Notes: generated by a model not told the origin, from the sequence alone. A DNA stretch of 64,000 bases from Spirochaetia bacterium (GCA_965203905.1 CBDBDQ010000005.1:3456001-3520000); one strand, 5' to 3'. Positions 39,766-49,810 are shown, numbered from the stretch's first letter. A program made the numbers and translations.

Positions 39766-39884
39766 CCACGGCCGTTCGGGTCGTCAGGCGATATTTGACG
39801 TAATCTGTCTCGTCAACGATACTATCCAGTGGAGTGCGCACCATCGTTATTGGTAACTTTCGTCAGTCTCAAGAGAGGTGTGAT

Positions 39885-40178
39885 GTGGAAGACTTCACCA
39901 AAGTCAAAGATATACTCCGCGAAGCTCTGGAACAACGATTCGATAAGGAAGTCGTTTTCAAGGATATTCACGTCCATCGTGCTGTAGAAAACACTGACTG
40001 CTTGCGTATATTCGTAGTTTATGAAGGTGATCCTGAAGCGTTGGAAATACCCTGGACGGTTGGGCTGGTCAATAGGATTCGTCCGAAACTGTTCCACGCT
40101 GGGATAGAAGAATTTCCGGTTCCGTCATTTATTCCCGAATCAGAGTGGAATCAAGTGCATGCCAGCGATTCAGCATGA
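39885..40178 (+). CDS. Small hypothetical protein, probably a degenerate nucleotidyltransferase-fold antitoxin
   Basis: 98 aa, AT-richer DNA, GAGAGG RBS, C-terminal FPVPSFIPESE; overlaps a downstream relic. Confidence 0.5.
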   Translation: MEDFTKVKDILREALEQRFDKEVVFKDIHVHRAVENTDCLRIFVVYEGDPEALEIPWTVGLVNRIRPKLFHAGIEEFPVPSFIPESEWNQVHASDSA

Positions 40179-40281
40179 CCACCTCTTGGATGTGGCTATC
40201 CGGAGCTTTATTCGAGTAAGATCAAAAGACCGGCGAGCCTTCGCTGCCTACGTGCTCCTTCAGCATAGGCAAACGAAATAG
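40159..40281 (+). pseudogene. Internally deleted HEPN-like partner gene
   Basis: MPAIQHDHLLDVAI joined to SKDRRAFAAYVLLQHRQTK*, recalled as the two ends of a HEPN-like family. Confidence 0.4.
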
Positions 40282-40358
40282 TGTCTCTTGCCGACTGATG
40301 ACTTCCACCGGGCGCCGGTTCTGTAAGCCAGCACGGGTTGCGGGCGAGGCTCGACGGG

Positions 40359-41852
40359 TCACCAGGGGTTGGCGGCATCGAGCTCCCACTTGAAGATGCC
40401 GGATGCGGTGAGCGCCCCGCCCCGGGAGAAAATCCGGAACTGGCGGCTGTCGTCGCGCAGCGGATAGACGCGCTGCACCAGCACCAGGTCGCGGTTGACG
40501 AAGATCTCGATCACCGAGCGGTCGACGAAGATTACGAGATCCAGCGCCCCGCCGTCGGCCGCGTAAGGTACGACTTGCCGGGTCGCGCCGTGCGGATATC
40601 GCAGCGACGTGTCGGTGCTGGCCCTGGCGAAGTCGACCACGAACTCGCCCGCGCCCCGGCGATAGATGACCGTGGTTTCCTCCTCGCCGTCGGGGGAACA
40701 CAGCAGCTTGATCCCGAACTCGGCGGCGTCCACGGGGGCCAGCGTGATCCTGGCCTCCATGCAGTCCGAGGCGAGCGCCTCGAGCGTGACCTCCTCGCCG
40801 GCGTCCAGCCGCCGATCGTCGACCCGCACCTCGTCGTAGCGCAACGCCTCCAACTCCTCGACCGGCCCGATCTTCAGGCGGTTGTCGGCACCGGGGGAGA
40901 AGTGCCACGGCAGGGTTACCACCCCGGACCAGCCGGTGGCCTCCCAGTCCCTGGCATCGGCGATCCAGCCCATGAAGATGCGCCGTCCGCGGTCGTCGAC
41001 CAGGGTCTCGGGTCCGGCCAGCATGGAGCCGAGCCAACTGAGCTGCCCGTTGCTCTCCGGGAGGAAGCGCTCGTTCTCGTAGCGGCCGATGTAGTACTGG
41101 CACTTGCCGTAGGGGCGGTGGGTGTGCATCAGCAGCATGTGCCGGTCGCCGAACGGGAAGAAATCGCTGCAGGCGCAGTCCTCCTCCTCCGCGGTCCAGC
41201 GCCGCTGCGAGCGGTAGAAGGGGCCGACGTACTCCCAGTGTGCCAGGTCGCGCGACTTGAACAGGCTGGTGCTGTCGCCCTCGTAGCCGGGACGGAAGTT
41301 CTTGTTGCCGATCAGCGCGTACCAGTTGTCGCCTTCCTTCCAGCCGCTCGGATCGAAGATCACGCACTCCGGGAACGCGGAGGAGAGCTTGCGCTCGCCA
41401 CGTTCGCCCGCATCGAGCGGGATCACCGGGTTCTGCGGCAGCGGCACCCAGCGGTCGAGGTCGTCGTCGAAGCTCTGGTAGATGCAGATGCCGCGCCGCG
41501 GCATGTTGGCGATGATGGTGGGGACCTCCGTGCCCTCCAATGCGTCGCCGCTGTTGAAATAGTCGCCGCGCGTGCCGGGCAGCGGCTCGCGCAGCGAAGC
41601 CCGGTGGTAGCGCCAGTGCACCAGGTCGCGGCTGGAGACGTGCTGCCAGCTCGAGAAGTCGCGTTCGCCGGGTGCGTTGCGGATCTTCTGCAGGTAACCG
41701 ATGTGGTAGCGCCCCTTCCAGTACAGCATGCCATTGAGGTCGTTCCACCTGCCCTCCGGCGGCACGAAGTGGTAGCGCGGCCGGTGCCTGTCCGCCACCA
41801 GCTTCTCGCGCAGCTCGTAGCTGTCCATCAGCAGATCGTCGAAGTCGCTCAC
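40359..41852 (-). CDS. Glycoside hydrolase family 32 protein
   Basis: WNDLNG, WQHVSSRDLVHW, FDP, FVDRSVIEIF. Confidence 0.88.
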   Translation of the reverse strand: MSDFDDLLMDSYELREKLVADRHRPRYHFVPPEGRWNDLNGMLYWKGRYHIGYLQKIRNAPGERDFSSWQHVSSRDLVHWRYHRASLREPLPGTRGDYFNSGDALEGTEVPTIIANMPRRGICIYQSFDDDLDRWVPLPQNPVIPLDAGERGERKLSSAFPECVIFDPSGWKEGDNWYALIGNKNFRPGYEGDSTSLFKSRDLAHWEYVGPFYRSQRRWTAEEEDCACSDFFPFGDRHMLLMHTHRPYGKCQYYIGRYENERFLPESNGQLSWLGSMLAGPETLVDDRGRRIFMGWIADARDWEATGWSGVVTLPWHFSPGADNRLKIGPVEELEALRYDEVRVDDRRLDAGEEVTLEALASDCMEARITLAPVDAAEFGIKLLCSPDGEEETTVIYRRGAGEFVVDFARASTDTSLRYPHGATRQVVPYAADGGALDLVIFVDRSVIEIFVNRDLVLVQRVYPLRDDSRQFRIFSRGGALTASGIFKWELDAANPW

Positions 41853-41862
41853 TCATTCCTCC

Positions 41863-42666
41863 TCAGTACGGAGCGAGAATCGCTTCCAGGTTGGCGCGTT
41901 CGAGCAGTGCGGCGTCCGCGGACCGCTCCAGAAACGGCTGGACGTCGCGCGCCAGGAGCCGCGTGTCAAGGCCGGCGAGGCGCTCCTGAAGCAGCGTCCG
42001 CCAGTCGGGTGCGCGGTAGCGCCCGGCCCCCTGGGTCTGATCGAGCGCATGTTGGAGCAACGCCAGGTTCGGCTCGATCGGCGGCCGCCGCGACCGGTAC
42101 CAGATCAGGTCGTACCAGTCGCGCCCCTTGGCATAGCCACGCGTGAGCAGGGCGTGCAGCTTGCCCGCCATCAGCGACGGAAGGTCGTAGTGACTGATGA
42201 CGAAGGTGAAGTGACGGGTCACGAGGGTGCGCTGAATCGCCGCGCCTGCCGGCGGGCGGATGTCGATCTCCACCTTCACGGAGAGTTTCTGCTGCGCGTG
42301 GCCCGTGAGGCCGGCTTCCGCCAGCAGGTACGCCGTCCGCACCCACGCCACCTGTACCGGCTCGCGCTCGATCCAGCGAATCGTGCTGTCGAAGCCGGCC
42401 AGATGGAGATCTCTCTTCAGTTTCTGCAACCAGCGCACCGGCTCGTAGCCGGCGGCGGAGACGCGGGAGAAGTCGAGGTCCTCCGAGAATCGCGGCAGGC
42501 CCTCAAGAAAGCGCAAGGCCGTTCCGCCGACGAACGCCACCGCCCGTGCGGCCTCGCTCTCGTGCAACGACCGCATGATGAACGCCTGCAGGTACTCGCG
42601 CAGCGCATTGAGTCGGCGCTGCGGGTCATCGAACTGCAGTGCCCGGGCCAGCGCCTGATCCTTCAC
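41863..42666 (-). CDS. AbiEii/AbiGii nucleotidyltransferase toxin (type IV TA)
   Basis: FVGGTALR, RFSEDLDF, KVEID, AGKLHALL, KGRDWYDL. Confidence 0.9.
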   Translation of the reverse strand: MKDQALARALQFDDPQRRLNALREYLQAFIMRSLHESEAARAVAFVGGTALRFLEGLPRFSEDLDFSRVSAAGYEPVRWLQKLKRDLHLAGFDSTIRWIEREPVQVAWVRTAYLLAEAGLTGHAQQKLSVKVEIDIRPPAGAAIQRTLVTRHFTFVISHYDLPSLMAGKLHALLTRGYAKGRDWYDLIWYRSRRPPIEPNLALLQHALDQTQGAGRYRAPDWRTLLQERLAGLDTRLLARDVQPFLERSADAALLERANLEAILAPY

Positions 42667-43304
42667 AGTTCGACTCCCGCCCCTTCCTGCTCGGCGCTGC
42701 ACGCCAGCCACACCTGTACGGCGCGCCCGATCCGCGGTTTCCCGATGCGCCGCGTGTAAGCTTGCAGTCGCTCCCGATCCACGACCTCGGTCTGCTGAAA
42801 CCGCATCTCGGACATCCGGCCACGGTCCCACTCTCCCGTATGGAAGTGGAACAGGTCGAGCAGCGCCTTCTCCGCGGTCGCGACCAGCGCCTCGTTGCCG
42901 GCGACCGACAAGGTCTGGTAGCCGAAGAAGAAGCTCCTCTTGATGGAGGTGTAGCGGAACATGCCGAACGCGTTCTCGAATCCCGCGGGACCGCGGGTAG
43001 TGACGCTGGTAAGGACCGGGACGGCCTCTGGAACTAGGCCGTAGAAGCTGAGCGCCCAGAGGCCACTTAGGTAAGAGGGGAAGCAGAGGGCGTTCGCCAG
43101 AGTAGCCGGCGGCACGGCCACGTGCCGGTAGCGGTCGGCCAGGGTGTACATGCCGCGGCGCAACGGCATCAGTTTGCCGGCCCGGCTCCAGCGATGGAGC
43201 TGATTCACGACATCCCGGCGCGCTTCCCCGCTGAGCTGTACCACCGTCGCCAGATCGAACCAGGGCCTCGATCCGAGCATATCGGCCAATTGATCAAGCC
43301 GCAC
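42663..43304 (-). CDS. AbiEi-family antitoxin / transcriptional regulator
   Basis: QLHRW...LRRGMY, PSYLSGLWALSFYGLVPE, ATAEKALLDL; GTGA overlap with toxin. Confidence 0.88.
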   Translation of the reverse strand: MRLDQLADMLGSRPWFDLATVVQLSGEARRDVVNQLHRWSRAGKLMPLRRGMYTLADRYRHVAVPPATLANALCFPSYLSGLWALSFYGLVPEAVPVLTSVTTRGPAGFENAFGMFRYTSIKRSFFFGYQTLSVAGNEALVATAEKALLDLFHFHTGEWDRGRMSEMRFQQTEVVDRERLQAYTRRIGKPRIGRAVQVWLACSAEQEGAGVEL

Positions 43305-43320
43305 TTCCTGATACCGTTAC

Positions 43321-43352
43321 CAATAACCTACAAAAATGCCTGTTATTGTCAA
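43321..43352 (-). promoter_or_regulatory. AbiE promoter with inverted-repeat operator
   Basis: TTGACA-16 nt-TAGGTT on the minus strand; caataac...gttattg inverted repeat. Confidence 0.65.
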
Positions 43353-43455
43353 CAGTTCCTGGTACGCGAACGCCGCAGGCGGTGCCCGCGACACGGTCGC
43401 GCACGGTGCCGTCAAGTCCCGGGAGCGAGAGCCCATCGCGTTTCCAAACACGAGA

Positions 43456-43495
43456 CAACACTTATGTTGACATCGTGCCGGTCAGGCGCCATGTT
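43456..43495 (+). promoter_or_regulatory. hicB promoter with palindromic operator
   Basis: caacacttatgttg palindrome overlapping TTGACA-17 nt-CATGTT. Confidence 0.55.
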
Positions 43496-43510
43496 TCAAC
43501 GACGCCGATT

Positions 43511-43924
43511 ATGCTGTGTTATACAATCAATCTTGAAGACGATGAGGGAACGCTACTTGTTACGTCTCCCGATTTTCCGGAACTGAAGACCTTCGGAGAA
43601 GATCGCGATGAGGCATTGGCGCGTGCGGTCGATGCGCTGGAAGAAGCGGTCGCCGCACGGATCCACGACCGGAGAGATATTCCAATGCCCGCCCCGGGTG
43701 CGGTTTGCGTCTCGCTACCGACCCTTACTGCGGTCAAGGTGCTCCTTTACCAGGGCATGCGAGATCAAAACATCGGCAAGGCCGAGTTGGCGCGGCGTCT
43801 GGGTTGGCACCTGCCGCAAGTGGATCGTGTGTTGGACGTAAATCACCACTCTCGGTTGGATCGAATGGATGCCGCGTTGGGAGCCATTGGGTTGCGCCTC
43901 GAAGTCACTTCCGTCGCCGCGTAG
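43511..43924 (+). CDS. hicB: HicB-family antitoxin with C-terminal HTH; no hicA
   Basis: LLVTSPDFPELKTFGEDRDEALARAVDAL...KAELARRLGWHLPQVDRVLD. Confidence 0.88.
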   Translation: MLCYTINLEDDEGTLLVTSPDFPELKTFGEDRDEALARAVDALEEAVAARIHDRRDIPMPAPGAVCVSLPTLTAVKVLLYQGMRDQNIGKAELARRLGWHLPQVDRVLDVNHHSRLDRMDAALGAIGLRLEVTSVAA

Positions 43925-43959
43925 CTCCCCAGCCAACCCGCAACGTCGTGTCGGCGACC

Positions 43960-44042
43960 CCTTTTTCCAGCCAGCGCACCGGTTCGTAGCCGTCCGTAGA
44001 GACGCCGGATAGCGCCGCGCCGCCGACAAACGTCACGATGTG
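43960..44042 (-). pseudogene. AbiEii relic
   Basis: IVTFVGGAAL|SGVSTDGYEPVRWLEK versus VAFVGGTAL...SRVSAAGYEPVRWLQK; catalytic RFSEDLDF deleted. Confidence 0.7.
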
Positions 44043-44081
44043 CGCCGCTTCAAGTGGTCTTTCGAGTGGATATCGCCGTGG

Positions 44082-44939
44082 TCATGCGATGGATAGCGCC
44101 TTGAGAAGCTCGTCCTTCTGCAGGCTGGCGAACAGCTTGACCAGTTCGCTCAGATCGCCAGCATCGGCCCGCTCCAGGGCATTGAGATACCGGGCCCGCC
44201 CTTCGTTTCGTACTACCAGCGGAAACCACCCCGCCTTGACGAAGACCAGGGTGGCAAGCGCTCGCGCGATGCGGCCGTTGCCGTCCTGGAACGGGTGGAT
44301 CTGTGTGAACCGATGATGCAGCCACGCCGCTTCAACCTCGGGTGCCACACTCTCGTGACCTCGGTGCAACTCGATCAGTCGATCCATCTCGGCGGCCACG
44401 TGCTCCGGGGGACAGTATTCGTGGATCGAAGCGTCGGGTCGCAGTGGATTGTTGGGCCACCGTTTGTAGTCGCCGCGAATCAGCTCGACTCGGCTGATCC
44501 GGCCCTGCACATCGGCGGCCTCCACCCACGCCTGGTTGCGCGTCATGAGGGCGTGCATCTCCTTGATGTAGCCCGTGGTCAGGATTCGCTCCCCCCTCAC
44601 GAATCTGAAGATGCTCTCTACCGCGGCTTGGTGATCCTGGATCATGGCGGCAACCGACTCCGGTTGCTGGTCGTCTCCGTGCGGGATGAGCGCCGCATCG
44701 ATTCCCCGCTCGATCAACAGTTGCGTCACTCCGCGGTCGAACGAGTACAGGCGCTCGAGCAGACCTGTCTCGATGGCCCACTCGCGGTGCAGTCGCTCGT
44801 TGAACCGTAAGAACGCATCCAGCGTCTCCAGACGCTCGCGCTGTTCCAGCCACACCGCCGCCAGGTGTTTCAGTTCCGGCTGCAGGAGATCCTCTGGGTC
44901 CGTCTCGTAGTCGGTGATGAATTCCCATCGGTGACCCAT
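44082..44939 (-). CDS. Fic-family protein, possibly C-terminally truncated
   Basis: Canonical HPFQDGNGRIAR; WAIETGLLE. Confidence 0.85.
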   Translation of the reverse strand: MGHRWEFITDYETDPEDLLQPELKHLAAVWLEQRERLETLDAFLRFNERLHREWAIETGLLERLYSFDRGVTQLLIERGIDAALIPHGDDQQPESVAAMIQDHQAAVESIFRFVRGERILTTGYIKEMHALMTRNQAWVEAADVQGRISRVELIRGDYKRWPNNPLRPDASIHEYCPPEHVAAEMDRLIELHRGHESVAPEVEAAWLHHRFTQIHPFQDGNGRIARALATLVFVKAGWFPLVVRNEGRARYLNALERADAGDLSELVKLFASLQKDELLKALSIA

Positions 44940-45034
44940 GCCGCCGAATGATTGCACGTCACGAATGGCCGTTTCCATCATTCGAAGCGGGTCAGCCGCC
45001 ACTTCTGGACGCCGGGGGCCCTTTGCGTACCGAG

Positions 45035-46165
45035 TTACTTGTAGGGATCTGCGGCGTCGCGGAGGCCGTCGCCGAGGAAGTTGAAGGCCAGCACGGCGAC
45101 CACCACGAACAGGCCGGGGATCAGCAGCCACGGGTGCAGCAGCACCGCGTGCACGTTCTGGGCGTCCTGCAGCAGCGTGCCCCAGCTCACCACCGGCGGT
45201 CGCAGCCCCAGGCCCAGGAAACTGAGCGCGGTCTCGCCCAGGATCATGTAGGGCACCGCCAGGGTCAGGCTCACGATCAGGTAGCTCATGAACGAGGGCA
45301 GCAGGTGCAGGGCGACGATCTTGCCCTCGCCTCTGCCGGCCACCCGCGCCGCGGTCACGAAGTCCTGCTGGCGCAACTCCAGCAGCTTGCCGCGCACCAC
45401 CCGCGCCAGCCCGGCCCAGCCGAACATCGACAGGATGATGGTGATCGCGAAGTAGGTCTTCAGGGTGCCCCAGTGGGTTGGCAGGGCGGCGCTCAGCGCC
45501 ATCCACAGCGGAATGGTGGGCAGCGAGATCAGGATCTCGATGCCGCGCTGAATCACCATGTCGGTCTTGCCGCCGTAGTAGCCGGAGATGCCGCCCATCG
45601 TGCAGCCGAGCACGAAGCTCAGGAACACCCCCACCAGGCCGATCGACAGCGAGATGCGGCCGGCGTAGACGGTGCGCGAGTACAGGTCGCGGCCCAGCTT
45701 GTCGGTGCCGAACAGGTAGAATGCGCCCTCCTGGACCCCGACCAGGCGCAGGTCCGCCTCCCAGATGCCCCACAGCTTGTAGGGATCGCCGTGCACGAAG
45801 AAGCGAAGGTAGTGGCGCGTCTCCGGGTCCTCCTTGTACACGCGGCGGAACGCCTTGCGGTCCACCACCTTCTGCACGTCGTACACGAACGGGCGCAGCC
45901 CCCAGCCGTTCTCGTCGCCGAAGCGGATCTTCTGCGGCCGCATGAACACGAACTCCGCGTTGTGCTTGAGGATGTCGTGGGTGGCGAAGAACTCGCTGAA
46001 GGCGGCGAACAGGTAGAACACCGCCAGCACCGCCCCGCCCGCGATGGCCAGCTTGTGGCGGGTGAACTTGCGCCACATGAGCTGCCACTGCGAGGCGACG
46101 AAGTAGCGGTCGTCCTCCGCGGTGCGCGACACCCGGCCGGCGCCAGGTGCTGCGATTTCGCTCAT
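45035..46165 (-). CDS. OppC-type ABC permease (sugar-type family-5 system)
   Basis: [30 protein letters not shown]. Confidence 0.93.
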   Translation of the reverse strand: MSEIAAPGAGRVSRTAEDDRYFVASQWQLMWRKFTRHKLAIAGGAVLAVFYLFAAFSEFFATHDILKHNAEFVFMRPQKIRFGDENGWGLRPFVYDVQKVVDRKAFRRVYKEDPETRHYLRFFVHGDPYKLWGIWEADLRLVGVQEGAFYLFGTDKLGRDLYSRTVYAGRISLSIGLVGVFLSFVLGCTMGGISGYYGGKTDMVIQRGIEILISLPTIPLWMALSAALPTHWGTLKTYFAITIILSMFGWAGLARVVRGKLLELRQQDFVTAARVAGRGEGKIVALHLLPSFMSYLIVSLTLAVPYMILGETALSFLGLGLRPPVVSWGTLLQDAQNVHAVLLHPWLLIPGLFVVVAVLAFNFLGDGLRDAADPYK

Positions 46166-47161
46166 TCAGCCCGCCTGCGCCTCGTAGCGGATGCGCGGAT
46201 CAATCAGCACCAGCAGCATGTCTGAGATGAACGTGCCGATCACCACCATGAAGGTCAGCAGCATGGTGATGCTCCCCGCCAGGTACATGTCCTGCGCCAG
46301 CAGCGCCCGGAACAGCAGCGGCCCCGTGGTCTCCAGCCCCAGCACGATCGCCGTGATCGTCTCACCGGAAACAATGCCGGCCAGCGCCCAGCCCACGGTG
46401 CTGACGATCGGGTTGATCGACAGGCGCACCGGGTACCGGTACAGCAGCGTGTGCTCGTCGACCCCCTTGGCGCGCGCCGTGATCACGTACTGCCGCGCCA
46501 GCTCGTCGAGCAGCGAGCCGCGCATCACGCGCACCAGGTAACCGGTGCCGGCGGTGCCGATCACCAGCACCGGGATCGGCATGTGCTTGATCAGGTCGAG
46601 CACGCGTGCCCAGCTCCACGGCGCATCGACGAACTCCGGCGAGAACAGCCCGCCGATGCTCCAGCCGAACCAGCGGTTGAACAGCAGCATGAAGATCAGC
46701 GCGAGCAGGAAGTTGGGCGTCGCCAGGCCCACGAATCCCATGAAGGTGAAGGAGAAGTCGGCGATCGAGTACTGGTGGGTGGCGGAGTAGATGCCGATCG
46801 GGATGGCGATCACGTAGGCGAACAGCAGCGAGGAGAGCGACAGCAGGACCGTGAACGGGAGCCGGTCGGCGATCAGCGTGCCCACTTTCTCCTTGAGGTT
46901 GAACGACCAGCCCAGGTTGCCGCGCGCGATGCGCCAGATCCAGACCGCGTACTGCACGTGCACCGGCTTGTCCAGGCCGTACAGCTTGCCCATCGCCGCC
47001 AGCTCGGCCTCGTCGACGTCGCGCCCCAGCGCCTGCTGGTTGGCACGGTACACGGTGAGGTAGTCGCCCGGCGGAAGCTGGATGATCAGGAAGGCGATCA
47101 TCGACACCAACACCAGGACCAGGGCCATGTAAAGCACGCGCCGAATGACGTAGTTGACCAC
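46166..47161 (-). CDS. OppB-type ABC permease
   Basis: IIQLPPGDY, YVITARAKG, IDPRIRY. Confidence 0.93.
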   Translation of the reverse strand: MVNYVIRRVLYMALVLVLVSMIAFLIIQLPPGDYLTVYRANQQALGRDVDEAELAAMGKLYGLDKPVHVQYAVWIWRIARGNLGWSFNLKEKVGTLIADRLPFTVLLSLSSLLFAYVIAIPIGIYSATHQYSIADFSFTFMGFVGLATPNFLLALIFMLLFNRWFGWSIGGLFSPEFVDAPWSWARVLDLIKHMPIPVLVIGTAGTGYLVRVMRGSLLDELARQYVITARAKGVDEHTLLYRYPVRLSINPIVSTVGWALAGIVSGETITAIVLGLETTGPLLFRALLAQDMYLAGSITMLLTFMVVIGTFISDMLLVLIDPRIRYEAQAG

Positions 47162-47220
47162 CTCTCCTCCTGGGGCGTCGTCGAGACCGGAGCGCTACCG
47201 TTCGAAGTACGGCGGTGTGG

Positions 47221-47616
47221 TCACCGGTCGTCGCCCGATTCGACGTTGCCGGCAGCAACGTGCGGACCGGCGGCGACCAGCCTTCGGTTGCGGGAGTCCA
47301 CCCTCAGATTCAATCCTTCGAGGGTGCGCGCGCCGAGCAACTGCAGGTCGCCGGCTTCGCCGAACACGACCTCGTCGGTGGTAACCGCCTCCCCGACGCG
47401 TATGATCGCGAATCCGATCGACCGGGTGATCGTCTCCCCGTTGGCCATGACGAAGCGCCGGTCGCGTTTCTCCGTTCCGATGCCGACTGTCCGCAGGCTA
47501 TCCTGATTGATCCACGTGAGCTCGCTGCCCGTATCCACCAGGACATCGCTCACCCGCACCGTCCGCGTCCTGAATTGCTGATTCTCGATCACGCACTCGA
47601 CGCTGAACAGTCCCAC
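47221..47616 (-). CDS. Clan AA (retroviral-like) aspartyl protease
   Basis: VLVDTGSELT, LLGARTLEGL; GAGGAGG RBS before GTG 47616. Confidence 0.85.
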   Translation of the reverse strand: MGLFSVECVIENQQFRTRTVRVSDVLVDTGSELTWINQDSLRTVGIGTEKRDRRFVMANGETITRSIGFAIIRVGEAVTTDEVVFGEAGDLQLLGARTLEGLNLRVDSRNRRLVAAGPHVAAGNVESGDDR

Positions 47617-47712
47617 TTGCGAACCTCCTCGACCTTCCACGACGCGCGGGGGCCGGCCTGGCGCTTACAATTCATCGCGCGCCGGCCGGCCCTTCCGACT
47701 CAGGCTGCTACT

Positions 47713-49668
47713 TTACTCCTTGATCCACCACTGGTAGACGCGCCCGCGGAAGTTGCCCGCGGTGGCGTTGGTCCACGCCAGCTCGTCGTACAGGTTCATG
47801 ATGTTGCGGCGGAAGATCATCGGGCGCGGCGGCAGGCCGACGGTGCCGATGGCGAACACGTTCTCGGCGAACATCAGCATGAACTCCTTGCCCATCTCCT
47901 GCCACTTGGCGTCGTCGAGCTCGTTGCGCATCGCGTGCCCGAGGTCGAGCATCTCCTTGGCCGCGCCGACCGGCTCCTCGCCCGACTCGCCGTTCGTCTG
48001 ATACCAGTTGCGCCACAGCGGCGCCCAATGGCCGGCGGTCAGAAACCAGCCGCTCGCCGGGCTGTCGGTGCGGTACTTCAACTGGCTCGGCTCCATGATC
48101 CAGGTGGTCAGGTCGTAGTCGGCGTTGCTGGTGCGCAGCGAGAACAGGCTGCGCTCGATGATGCTGAACTTCAACTCGACGCCCACCTCGCGCCAGTAGT
48201 TGGTGACCAGCTCCGAGATGGTGACCAGGTCGGCCAGGCCGGTGCCGGTGATCACCTCCAGGGTCAGGCGGTTGCCGTCGGAGGTGAGCCGGTAGCCGTC
48301 GGCGTCGCGGCTGGTCAGGCCGACCTCGTCGAGCAGCCGGTTGGCCTCGTCCACGTCGAAGCGGATCGCCTCCTGCTCGGCCGCCTGCACCTCTTCATCG
48401 TAGAACGGCTCGTCGCCGAGGGCGAAGCCGAGCAACGGCGTGGCCAGCCCCTGGAACACGATGTCGTTGATCTCGTCGCGGTCTATGGCGTGCGACAGGG
48501 CCTGGCGGAAGCGCTTGTCGCGGTACAGCTCGCGCCGCACCGGGTCCTTGTGGTTCAGGTTCAGGTAGTAGGAGCCGGCGCCGGCCCAGGTGTTGGGGCC
48601 GATGATCACGTGGTAGTTGTAGCGGTCCGCGTTCTGCTCCAGCAGCGGCGCCTCGTCCATGCCGAAGCCCTCCACCAGGAAGTCGAACTCGCCGGCGATG
48701 CCGCGCGCCTTGACCAGCTCCGACTCGACCACCAGCACGCCGTAGATGTTGTCCATGTAGGGGAGCTGGTTGCCGGCGGCGTCGACCTTCCAGTAGTACG
48801 GATTGCGGTCCCACACGGTGCGGTCCATGGTCACCGAGGTGGGGATCCAGGCGTACAGGTAGGGTGGGCCGGGATAGTGGATGTAGGGTCGCGTCTTCTC
48901 GCGGGTCTGGTTGAAGAGCTGCCACCACTGTTCGAGCCCCTCTTCCTTGGCCTTCTTGTCGGCATCCTCGTTGTAGTCGATGTGGAGCTCTTTGAAGTAG
49001 TGCGCCGGGAAGTAGTGGTTCATGTAGCCGTTGGCGGCGGTGAACATGAAGAGTTGCGCGGGCGACGGCCCGGCGAATCCGAACTGCACCGTGCTGTCGT
49101 CGACCTGGGTGAAGGTCATGCGGGAGCCGTGCGACATCCAGGCGCCGGGGGTGAGCGGCGTCAGCTTCTCGTTGAACTGCACGTCCTCGTAGTAGAAGCG
49201 CAGGTCCTCCGCGGTGAACGGCTCGCCGTCCGACCACTTGATGCCCTCGCGCAGGTGCACGGTGAGCTCCGACTTGTCGGCGTTCCAGTCCCAGGCGCGC
49301 GCCACGTTGGGCACCACGTTCAGGGAGTCCTCGGGGTCGAGCTCCATCAACGGTTCGATGTTGACGTGCGCGATCATGTACCAGTTGCCGGTGCTGTGCT
49401 TGATGGCGGTGATCGAGCCGCCGTACTGGCCGATCTCATCCTTGACCTGCACCACCAGCGGCTCCGGCGGCAGCCGTTCCTCTACCGGCGGCAGGTCTCC
49501 GGATGCCACCAGTTGGGCCAGGGCCGGCGCCTCGTTGTAGCTGCCGGAAGCGGCCATCGTCTCCGCCGAGCTCGCCTCGGACGAGCCCTCATCGTCGCCG
49601 CCGGCCCAGACCATCGCGGCCGAACCGAGCAGCACCAGCGAAACCAAGAAGCCGGCAATCGCTTTCAT
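47713..49668 (-). CDS. Family-5 ABC substrate-binding protein (probably oligosaccharide)
   Basis: VWAGG signal end; YNEAPALAQLVASGDLPPVEERLP; RNPYYWKVDAAGNQLPY. Confidence 0.92.
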   Translation of the reverse strand: MKAIAGFLVSLVLLGSAAMVWAGGDDEGSSEASSAETMAASGSYNEAPALAQLVASGDLPPVEERLPPEPLVVQVKDEIGQYGGSITAIKHSTGNWYMIAHVNIEPLMELDPEDSLNVVPNVARAWDWNADKSELTVHLREGIKWSDGEPFTAEDLRFYYEDVQFNEKLTPLTPGAWMSHGSRMTFTQVDDSTVQFGFAGPSPAQLFMFTAANGYMNHYFPAHYFKELHIDYNEDADKKAKEEGLEQWWQLFNQTREKTRPYIHYPGPPYLYAWIPTSVTMDRTVWDRNPYYWKVDAAGNQLPYMDNIYGVLVVESELVKARGIAGEFDFLVEGFGMDEAPLLEQNADRYNYHVIIGPNTWAGAGSYYLNLNHKDPVRRELYRDKRFRQALSHAIDRDEINDIVFQGLATPLLGFALGDEPFYDEEVQAAEQEAIRFDVDEANRLLDEVGLTSRDADGYRLTSDGNRLTLEVITGTGLADLVTISELVTNYWREVGVELKFSIIERSLFSLRTSNADYDLTTWIMEPSQLKYRTDSPASGWFLTAGHWAPLWRNWYQTNGESGEEPVGAAKEMLDLGHAMRNELDDAKWQEMGKEFMLMFAENVFAIGTVGLPPRPMIFRRNIMNLYDELAWTNATAGNFRGRVYQWWIKE

Positions 49669-49810
49669 ACCTGATCCTCCCTTGGAAGTGTGATCCGTCG
49701 TTTATAGGCCGGCCGGCCCCACCCGTCAAGGAGCACCGGCCCGCCCGCCGCCTTCGTTGATGCGATCGGCGGGCTTGATGTGGGGGATGCTGTGATGTGA
49801 CGATGCTCTC

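Noticed and set aside
44082-46088. 668-aa permease-Fic fusion
   Set aside because: The N-terminal part is an off-frame read of oppC; Fic homology begins near 44939
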